In this document: piece after piece, positions 30,387 to 37,542 of the stretch
Position numbering within the stretch: position 1 is the first letter of the stretch
Layout: every line of letters starts with the position of its first letter
Assembly (NCBI GenBank): GCA_030682255.1
Contig: JAUXOK010000009.1
Coordinates: 50,428-114,427, forward strand
Reading direction: 5' to 3'
DNA from: Bacteroidota bacterium
GTDB lineage: Bacteria > Bacteroidota > Bacteroidia > NS11-12g > UBA955
Length of the DNA: 64,000 nucleotides
Made by a program: the position numbers and the translations under genes
Notes under the pieces: generated by a model
The model's database searches: none
Told to the model about the DNA's origin: nothing
What the model saw: only the letters and a program-made list of their open reading frames with translations

Positions 30387-31976
30387 ATGAATAATCAAGA
30401 AATAATTTCAGATATTATTAAAAATGCATCAAAAGCTCATTTGAATTTAAGTTCAGACGAACTAATTACTAAAGCGATTGAGAGAAACGAAGGTATTATT
30501 ACCGACCAAGGCGCTTTAGCTGCTGATACAGGTGAATTTACAGGTAGATCGCCTAAAGACAAATTTACAGTTTGCGATGCTAAAACTGAAAACACAGTAT
30601 GGTGGGGACCTGTAAATACTAAATTTGATGAAACTAAGTTTGACGCCTTATTAAACAAAGTTTTAGCACACTTCGGAAACAAAGAATTATTCATTAGAGA
30701 CGCTTTTGCTTGTGCAAATCCAAAATACAGACTTGATATTAAAGTAGTTACCGAATCGGCTTATCAAAATTTGTTTGCCAAAAACTTGTTTTTAAGACCC
30801 GAATCTAACGACAACCAAACAGAATGGATTATTTTGGCAGCACCTTCTTTTAGAGCTAATCCAGCAGAAGATGGCACCAGACAACACAATTTCTCAATCA
30901 TCAATTTCACTAAAAAAATCATTTTAATTGGTGGTTCTGGCTATACTGGAGAAATCAAAAAAGGCATTTTCACTGTTTTAAATTATATTTTACCTCAAGA
31001 AAGAGGCGTTTTATCCATGCATTGCTCTGCAAATATTGGCAAAGCAGGCGATACAGCTGTATTCTTTGGTTTATCTGGCACAGGCAAAACCACCCTTTCT
31101 GCCGACCCAGAAAGACAATTAATTGGAGATGACGAACACGGATGGGACGAAGAGTCAGTATTTAATTTTGAAGGCGGTTGTTATGCAAAATGCATTGATT
31201 TAACAGAAGAAAAAGAACCACAAATTTGGCATGCTATCAAACATGGTGCTTTGGTAGAGAATGTTAGATTCTATCCAAACTCGAACAAAGTAAACTACGA
31301 AGATGTATCTGTAACAGAAAACACCCGTGTTGCCTACCCTATCGAACACATCGAAGGCATTGCAGTTCCATCAATGGGCAAAGCGCCAAAAAATATTTTC
31401 TTTTTAACTTGTGATGCTTATGGTGTTTTACCACCAATTTCTAAATTAACTGTAGAACAAGCCATGTACCATTTCATTTCTGGATATACCAGCAAAGTAG
31501 CAGGAACAGAAGCAGGCATCACAGAACCACAAAGCACCTTTTCTGCATGTTTCGGACAAGCATTTTTACCACTTCATCCAACCAAATACGCTGATTTATT
31601 AGGCAAAAAACTAAGTGATAACCAAGATGTAAAAGTTTGGTTACTAAACACAGGTTGGAGCGGTGGCGGTTATGGCGTTGGTAGCAGAATGAAACTTTCA
31701 TTAACCAGAGCCATGTTAACAGCTGCTTTGAATGGCGAGTTAGACAACATTGAATTTACACAACACCCTGTTTTTGGTGTTTTAATACCTACCACTTGTC
31801 CAAATGTACCTGATGAGATTTTGAACCCAAGAAACACTTGGGCAGACAAAAACGAATACGACAAAGCAGTTAATGCCTTGGCAGACAAGTTTAATGAAAA
31901 CTTCAAGAAATTTGAAGATGGCGCATCAAGTGCCATATTAAGTGCAGCACCCAAAGCGGTTGTATCTGTAGTTTAA
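30387..31976 (+). CDS. pckA: phosphoenolpyruvate carboxykinase (ATP)
   Basis: FGLSGTGKTTLS kinase-1a motif, GDDEHGW and other PckA signatures throughout. ATG at 30387 preferred over TTG at 30360. Confidence 0.95.
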   Translation: MNNQEIISDIIKNASKAHLNLSSDELITKAIERNEGIITDQGALAADTGEFTGRSPKDKFTVCDAKTENTVWWGPVNTKFDETKFDALLNKVLAHFGNKELFIRDAFACANPKYRLDIKVVTESAYQNLFAKNLFLRPESNDNQTEWIILAAPSFRANPAEDGTRQHNFSIINFTKKIILIGGSGYTGEIKKGIFTVLNYILPQERGVLSMHCSANIGKAGDTAVFFGLSGTGKTTLSADPERQLIGDDEHGWDEESVFNFEGGCYAKCIDLTEEKEPQIWHAIKHGALVENVRFYPNSNKVNYEDVSVTENTRVAYPIEHIEGIAVPSMGKAPKNIFFLTCDAYGVLPPISKLTVEQAMYHFISGYTSKVAGTEAGITEPQSTFSACFGQAFLPLHPTKYADLLGKKLSDNQDVKVWLLNTGWSGGGYGVGSRMKLSLTRAMLTAALNGELDNIEFTQHPVFGVLIPTTCPNVPDEILNPRNTWADKNEYDKAVNALADKFNENFKKFEDGASSAILSAAPKAVVSVV

Positions 31977-32065
31977 TTTTTTTTTAAAACCCAATCAAAA
32001 CAATTTATTAATTCATGTGTTAATGAATATGTTGATTGTGTTTTCATAGTTTTAGTTTTACTAAT

Positions 32066-32098
32066 AGAGTCACCATACAAGGTGGCTCTATTGGTTTT
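32066..32098 (+). terminator. probable pckA intrinsic terminator
   Basis: AGAGTCACC-ATACAA-GGTGGCTCT hairpin (one G-U pair) followed by a weak T-rich tract, 90 nt after the pckA stop. Confidence 0.4.
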
Positions 32099-32265
32099 AT
32101 AGGGGTTTAAATGAATTGATTTTGTAGGTAATACCATTTATAAATTAAAAACAGTCCACAAACCTTTTTGGTAAATGCCGACATAACAAATAAATAGTTC
32201 ATATATGCGAAGCATAAATTGGACTATATTATTTGTATATTCGGTATAATTATATTTTTATACTT

Positions 32266-32362
32266 TTGGGCGCCTTTGCCTCGCCCTTTGGGTTCCGTCT
32301 CGGCTGAGCCGAGACCAGCCTTATCAGGCTGCCTCCGGTCTCGGGGCGCATTCGTTTTTCTT
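32266..32362. repeat. GC-rich ~95-bp repeat, left copy; inverted partner at 49241-49340
   Basis: 32266-32298 matches the reverse complement of 49307-49340 (one mismatch, one 1-nt indel). 32336-32354 matches the reverse complement of 49248-49266 (18/19). Internal hairpins GTCTCGGC-TGA-GCCGAGAC and CAGCCT-TATC-AGGCTG. Confidence 0.85.
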
Positions 32363-32397
32363 TACAACCAAACGATTACCTCTATCTCTTCAATTTA

Positions 32398-32439
32398 TTG
32401 GTTGGTCACATACACAAGCCCTTGCTTCAGACCAACCAA
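32398..32439 (-). terminator. hairpin downstream of the SIR2 gene (possible terminator)
   Basis: Perfect 10-bp inverted repeat TTGGTTGGTC / GACCAACCAA with a 22-nt spacer that adds an inner AAGC/GCTT stem. Lies 46 nt past the SIR2 stop. Weak U-tract. Confidence 0.35.
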
Positions 32440-32484
32440 GGGGAAAAGACTCCCTACCTGATACAAAACCCTCATCAGATGAAA

Positions 32485-33819
32485 TTATTCTAGTATTTTT
32501 GGTATTTCCAAATATGATGTCCATATGGTTCCATTTATTATGTCTTCAAGCATAATTTGGTTATCGATTTTCATTTCGTGCCATCTGTTATGCCAAGATT
32601 GCCAGGCATGCCATGAATAACCCTTATAAAGTTTTTTACTAGAGTAACTAAATGAATACTTTGCTATTTCACAAAAATCCATTTCAAATTCTGTACCTTT
32701 AATTTTAATAATTGAAGCGATTTCAATTAACCAGTCTGCAAGATGTTCATATTGTGTCCATGCATTATTTTCTCTTGTGAATTGCAGCTTTTTATCCAGT
32801 AGTGACATTAAAGTTTTTATAAAAACCTTGTCTTTACTTTCAATACCCAAACTAGCAGCTTGAAGTAGAATCGTGGTCAGCGACACCTTCAATTTCAGAA
32901 AGTCATCGGTGTAATAATGTGATCCCGCCATTACATCTTTTAAATTTTCAACTGAATCAATAAGATCCTTTGCTTTTTCATACTTGGCGTCAACTTTGTC
33001 AAAGAACAAATCAGTTGGTGTGTTTTGTATGACTTTAATACCATATGTAACTGAATAGAATTTTTCTATAACATCAGGAATTGTGTCACGAGTTATGTAG
33101 TATAAATCTGTTCTTCTAAACGATTCATTTTTTGAATTTTTCACTTCATTAAGAATCGAATTTAGATTGAAATCACCTAATGAGTAACCTAAAATTGCAA
33201 CTGTAGTCTCTTGCAGAAGAGTGAAAAATTTTCTTGAAAAATAGTTATTAGAGTTTTGGAAGTTGTAATAATCATTTATTGTCAATATTATGCTTTCAGG
33301 TCTATTTACTGAGCCATGTATATGATAAATATTTTGACCTGAGTTAAGTCTTGGAATTATACTGCCTTCAATTACTATTCGACTTGTAATCGGAATTACA
33401 AAATCTGAAAAAATTGTATCATAGTTTGTTGTTACTATATTTATATTGGGGTGAGTTGAGAAGAACGCTTGTAGGTGTTCTAGTTTTTCCTTATCAATTG
33501 TTTTTTCGTTTATTCTTGCTTTGATTATTTTGGCTATCTGTACTTTAATATTTTTTCTCTTTTTTAAGTATTCACTTTCTAAGATTTGAGCACAAATAGT
33601 TAAGTCGTAAATAGCTTCTTTAACTTTGCCTGAAGAATCTGTGTTAAATAATTGGTTTAGTAGTTTGTCTTCTTTGTCTATAACAATAGTGCAGTCTACA
33701 AGCAATTCTAGCCAATTAGGAGCTTTGCCATTGGTCATATACTTACTAAATCCTGTGCCAACAAAAAGTGTCAAGGAGTTAGTATGTAAAGATGTCGCTA
33801 TGTCTAAGTAGTCACTCAT
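32485..33819 (-). CDS. SIR2_2-family (ThsA-like) putative NAD+ hydrolase with uncharacterised helical C-terminal domain
   Basis: LFVGTGFS (Rossmann Gly loop), VTTNYD, IYHIHGS (catalytic His) and VAILGYSLGDFNLNSIL align motif-for-motif with the ThsA SIR2 domain (IFAGAGLS, TTNYD, KMHGD, FVGFSFTDPNLDYIL). C-terminal ~170 aa are W/H-rich and helical, and do not look like SLOG. Confidence 0.75.
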   Translation of the reverse strand: MSDYLDIATSLHTNSLTLFVGTGFSKYMTNGKAPNWLELLVDCTIVIDKEDKLLNQLFNTDSSGKVKEAIYDLTICAQILESEYLKKRKNIKVQIAKIIKARINEKTIDKEKLEHLQAFFSTHPNINIVTTNYDTIFSDFVIPITSRIVIEGSIIPRLNSGQNIYHIHGSVNRPESIILTINDYYNFQNSNNYFSRKFFTLLQETTVAILGYSLGDFNLNSILNEVKNSKNESFRRTDLYYITRDTIPDVIEKFYSVTYGIKVIQNTPTDLFFDKVDAKYEKAKDLIDSVENLKDVMAGSHYYTDDFLKLKVSLTTILLQAASLGIESKDKVFIKTLMSLLDKKLQFTRENNAWTQYEHLADWLIEIASIIKIKGTEFEMDFCEIAKYSFSYSSKKLYKGYSWHAWQSWHNRWHEMKIDNQIMLEDIINGTIWTSYLEIPKILE

Positions 33820-33870
33820 ATAATTGCACCCAACATATTTATTTAAGATTTTTTTATTAAATGTATAGTG

Positions 33871-34839
33871 TTATTTTTTAGCTTTTATAATTGCTTTTAC
33901 TTTCTCTTTCCAATTTCCTCTATGCTCAACTCTTATAAATTGGTCGCTTGGTCTGTTTTGTATATCTAACCTACTTAATCTACTTAATTCTCTCCAATTT
34001 TCAAATAATATATATAGAGCATTTCCATAATTTGAATTTTCAAATGCAACAAGACTTTCTGAAAATTTTACACCAAAATATCTACGCATTCCGCTATTGC
34101 CAATAATTGTTTGTATAGGGTTTTCGCTTCTTAAAAATGAATACCTATCAATAATTTCATTTGCTCTTTGAGGTGTTATATTTCTTAAACCATTTGTTAT
34201 TTTTGAAAGATCTTGATCCATTGTACCTGGGGGGAAGATTTCCCAATTTAACTGCAATGTTTGTAGATATTCATCAATAGAAGTATTACTATTATAAACA
34301 TTTACTGATCCAATATTTTCTTGAAGAAGATTAATGTTAAAAAAAAGTTCTTCTATAAAATTATTGGCATTTTTATTTAATATTTGATTAGTACTGAATT
34401 TCAAACTATGAAATATTACGCCATCCTCATCAGTAGTTTCTAAATGTTCTACACAAATTGAAATCTCTTTTGGGGGTATTACATCATAAGGAGTAACCAT
34501 CCTAGTTACATAAAGAGAAAAAGAACCTTTATTAAAATCTCCGAAAATTGCTCTTTCTCCTAAATAATAGGTTTTCGACACTTTTGGTCTATCAGGGTAT
34601 CGAATTTTATACCCTTTTACATTTTTCCTGCTAAAACTACCATTTGTGAATAAAGGAACAAATTCATCAATAAAGTTGAGTTCCCCATTATTTAAATTAA
34701 GGTTAATTTGTGAATAAAACTCATTATCAAAATCGTCATTAGTGATTTTTTTAATTGTTGCAATTGTAACATCATCGCTTTCAATATTATCTAATTGTTG
34801 TAGGATAAATTCTGGAGTTTTTCTGAAGTTTTTTCTCAT
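33871..34839 (-). CDS. uncharacterised 322-aa protein, first gene of the SIR2 operon
   Basis: Clean ORF 51 nt upstream of the SIR2 gene on the same strand. No TM segment, no signal peptide, no Walker, TIR, HNH or PD-ExK motif that I can recognise. Confidence 0.6.
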   Translation of the reverse strand: MRKNFRKTPEFILQQLDNIESDDVTIATIKKITNDDFDNEFYSQINLNLNNGELNFIDEFVPLFTNGSFSRKNVKGYKIRYPDRPKVSKTYYLGERAIFGDFNKGSFSLYVTRMVTPYDVIPPKEISICVEHLETTDEDGVIFHSLKFSTNQILNKNANNFIEELFFNINLLQENIGSVNVYNSNTSIDEYLQTLQLNWEIFPPGTMDQDLSKITNGLRNITPQRANEIIDRYSFLRSENPIQTIIGNSGMRRYFGVKFSESLVAFENSNYGNALYILFENWRELSRLSRLDIQNRPSDQFIRVEHRGNWKEKVKAIIKAKK

Positions 34840-34963
34840 AGTTTTATATGTTTATTTTTAAATTGTATTTTAAGCCGTTTTGTGACTTATTTGCAATTAT
34901 ACAAAATATCCCACAAACCAAAAATATATTTTAACATTCCCCCCAAACCTCCAAACAAAAAAA

Positions 34964-34991
34964 ACCGTTCGCATCAACGAACGGTTTTTTT
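34964..34991. terminator. bidirectional intrinsic terminator separating the 339-aa gene from the SIR2 operon
   Basis: ACCGTTCG-CATCAA-CGAACGGT hairpin, flanked by A8 on the left and T7 on the right. Confidence 0.65.
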
Positions 34992-35025
34992 GTAGTATTA
35001 ATTTAAATGTTATTTAGTTTAGTGC

Positions 35026-35101
35026 TTCCCGCATGTAAACTGCGTGTGGTTTTATACTATTATCAAATAACCATTAACTTCCCGCAGTTTACATGCGGGA
35101 A
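35026..35101. repeat. perfect 19-bp inverted repeat with 38-nt spacer
   Basis: TTCCCGCATGTAAACTGCG (35026-35044) and CGCAGTTTACATGCGGGAA (35083-35101). The right arm can also fold on itself (TTCCCGCA/TGCGGGAA). Confidence 0.8.
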
Positions 35102-35106
35102 ACCAT

Positions 35107-36126
35107 CTACTCAGGCGTTAACTCAAAATTGAATACCCCACTGCCTTCGGGGGTTAAAGCCACAATGGAGGCAAACGGCTGAAAGCCCATTGCCATAATG
35201 TTGACATTGGCAGATTCATCTGCTGTGATGGCAATGTCCAACGTGTATTCACCAAGTGGGTTGGTGTTGGTCATTAACGGCCCAATCGTGGTATTGAACG
35301 TTAACATGGCATCACCAATTGGTGTAGCACCAACAGCACTGGTAACTACACCTGAAATGGTGTATGGTGTTGGGTCGGGGTCGGGATTTGGTAAACTGGT
35401 GTTTACAACAAAGCCCCATTCCGACAAGGTTTGTTCATTGCCTTTGTAAATGCCCTGCAAAACATCCCTAACGGCTCTCACATAGTTTGCCAATGTACCT
35501 TTGGTTTTGCTGCTTTGGGTTTTGGCTCTGCCCATAGCCAAATTGCGATCTTGTAAAGCTTTTTCCTTATCGCCTTTTAGTTTTTCGGCTAATACGGTTT
35601 GGGTATCTGCAATGGTAAGCAAACTGTTAAATGCCGTCATATCAAAAGGTGTTAAAATGGAGCTTACACCATCTGCTGTGTCTTTGGCACTTATTTTTTT
35701 AGCCAATTTCAACAACTCTGTAGCTTTGCGTGGTATCAACACATTGATGTCTTTATCCTTTTTTCTGTTGACCACAAAACCCCAATCGCCCAATGTTTTT
35801 TCTGAGCCTTTGTTTACACCAAGCAGAAAATCTCGAATACCTGACACAAAATACAAAACGGTATTGGGTGTGTAGGATGATTGTGTGTCTGCCAATCCCA
35901 AGGCTAAATCGCGGTCTTCTATCGCTTTTTCTTTATCTAATGCCAATTGTTCCGATTCATCGTGTTTGGTTTTGGCAATGGTATTTTTGGCTATCATATC
36001 AGCCATGTTGATACCATTGAGTATGCTGCTTACACCGTCTAAGGTGTGTTTATTAACTATGTCGTTCGACAAGGTGAGAAATTCATCCACATTTTGTGGA
36101 ATGATAACTCTAAAATTATTTTTCAT
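35107..36126 (-). CDS. hypothetical protein with tandem ~115-aa internal duplication and C-terminal CarboxypepD_reg/Ig-like beta domain
   Basis: Repeat 1 (LDGVSSILNG ... LGDWGFVVN) and repeat 2 (ADGVSSILTP ... LSEWGFVVN) are clearly homologous. A PNPDPDPTP linker follows, then ISGVVTS ... GEYTL, a beta-sandwich-like tail. Visibly higher GC than the neighbouring genes. Confidence 0.6.
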   Translation of the reverse strand: MKNNFRVIIPQNVDEFLTLSNDIVNKHTLDGVSSILNGINMADMIAKNTIAKTKHDESEQLALDKEKAIEDRDLALGLADTQSSYTPNTVLYFVSGIRDFLLGVNKGSEKTLGDWGFVVNRKKDKDINVLIPRKATELLKLAKKISAKDTADGVSSILTPFDMTAFNSLLTIADTQTVLAEKLKGDKEKALQDRNLAMGRAKTQSSKTKGTLANYVRAVRDVLQGIYKGNEQTLSEWGFVVNTSLPNPDPDPTPYTISGVVTSAVGATPIGDAMLTFNTTIGPLMTNTNPLGEYTLDIAITADESANVNIMAMGFQPFASIVALTPEGSGVFNFELTPE

Positions 36127-36531
36127 ATTAGAAATATTATATGGTTTGTGTTGAATAATTAGGGATTCAACTTTCCCTGTTGGATGCCTTTTGCGCCCTG
36201 TATCAGAATACCTGTTAGATAGGCTGATGTGTTTTTTAATGGTACTTGTGCGACTTCAAGTTTTCATAAAATTTGAGGTCTATGCGCAAGGGGGTTCTCT
36301 GGCAAATGGGGCTTTAAAATAACCTTTTAAAGCTTTGTAGTTTGAGTTTTGATATGGCCTGATTTGGCTCGAGGTGAAATAAAGCACATCCATTTTTTTG
36401 GGTGTGTTTGGCATTGTTTTATATTTCCTTTTGATTTTACTGCAATGATTTACCAAACCCATCCAATTGTTTCTTGAACGATTTAGCTTGTTTTTCAAAG
36501 CAATAGACACTTTCATGGTGTCGTAATACCC

Positions 36532-37017
36532 ATTTATTGAGGCATAAGACTCATTTATCGCAGTGTGAAAATGATTGTTGCATGTTTGGCAATCATTTAT
36601 TGAGGTGTCAATTTGATTTATTGAGGTCTGGAAACCATTTATTGAAGTCAAGAAATGATTGTTTGAGGTCTTGGAATGATTTATTGAAGTGTCTACCTGA
36701 TTTATTGAAGATTTCGAGGTATTTATGGGCGTATGGACAAACCTTATTGAAGTCCATAAATGAGTGTTATAAGCCATTAAATGAGGGCTAGAAGCGAATA
36801 AATCATATCCAGGAGCGAATAAATGAGGGGTTGAAGCGAATAAATCATTTCTACGAGTGAATAAATGAGGAGTAGAAGCCAACAAATCATTTCTTCGAGC
36901 CAATAAAAGAGAGTTAGGAGTGAATAAATCATGTCTAAGGCTCAACATAAAAAAACTTGGTTCCAATAAATGGCACTTAGAAGTGGATATCACAGGTTTT
37001 GAAGCCAATAAATGAGG
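36532..37017. repeat. 21-bp-phased array of ~24 units in two inverted arms (iteron-like)
   Basis: Arm 1 core ATTTATTGA(G/A)G starts at 36532, 36553, 36574 ... 36742 (every 21 bp). Arm 2 core AATAAAT(G/C)A starts at 36755, 36776 ... 36965 and 37007 (every 21 bp, with the 36986 slot degenerate). The cores are reverse-complement related (SATTTATT). Each unit has ~11 conserved plus ~10 variable nt. Confidence 0.85.
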
Positions 37018-37542
37018 GGATGAATCAGTTTGATATTGGCTGTTATTGATGGCAATTGCCCCACAAACAAAAAGCAATGTTGAAAGACTCAACATTGCTT
37101 TTCTACAATTTAATACGAAGGTTTTTGTTAAACACCATATGATAACCCTGCGAAACATAACAACATAACTCTTATATAGACACATTTATTGTATGAGATG
37201 CTGCATTTTTTTAAAAAAAAAGATGAGATATTTGTTTTGGGGGATGAATTTGAATTAAAAAACCGCTTCTTGCATTTGTGAAAACTTTTTCGTTTGTTTG
37301 TAGAAACTAAAATGAAGAGATGAAGATAATAAAATCAAAAATATATTTTCGAAATACAATCAACAATCAAGGTAATCATAATATATTTAACTTTAACCAA
37401 AATCCTAGTTGCTATGGAAATAACTCTTGTCAACTGAATTTCATTTTCAAAACCGTCTTATCTTATTCAAAATATAATTTATGATTACCCAAAAAACAAT
37501 GTTTTTTTCTTTTGATAAAATTATAGTAACTACTAATAACTT

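Noticed and set aside
32219-32461. 80-aa ORF at the left island border
   Set aside because: It is made almost entirely of the GC-rich repeat and hairpins, starts at a non-ATG codon and has an implausible composition (P/R/G/S/C-rich). Spurious.
32485-34839. Canonical Thoeris (ThsA/ThsB)
   Set aside because: The SIR2 protein lacks a SLOG-like C-terminal domain. The partner shows no TIR landmarks, is larger than ThsB, and is encoded upstream rather than downstream.
35026-35101. Invertible promoter (phase-variation switch) flanked by the 19-bp inverted repeats
   Set aside because: The 38-bp spacer is too short for recombinase-mediated inversion and carries no promoter-like sequence. No invertase gene is nearby.
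35198-36154. Plus-strand ORFs (83, 124, 72 and 89 aa) antisense to the 339-aa gene, and similar antisense ORFs elsewhere (for example 9833-10210, 22090-22455, 25758-26228, 29376-29705, 31670-31954)
   Set aside because: All lie entirely within longer, motif-supported genes on the other strand and have low-complexity or hydrophobic compositions typical of shadow ORFs.
36532-37017. Possible CRISPR array
   Set aside because: The unit is only 21 bp, with an ~11-nt conserved core and ~10-nt variable part. It is arranged in two inverted arms and has no cas genes or leader. This is incompatible with CRISPR repeat and spacer sizes.
36280-37185. 301-aa minus-strand ORF spanning the 21-bp array, plus the 84-aa plus-strand ORF 36537-36791
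   Set aside because: The open frame is an expected by-product of a repeat whose period is a multiple of 3. The predicted protein is Cys/His/Asn/Ser-rich heptad junk. Conservation is in contiguous 11-nt blocks rather than codon-wise. I kept it only as an alternative hypothesis: an internal ATG at 37095 would give a lipoprotein-like signal (MLSLSTLLFVCG).
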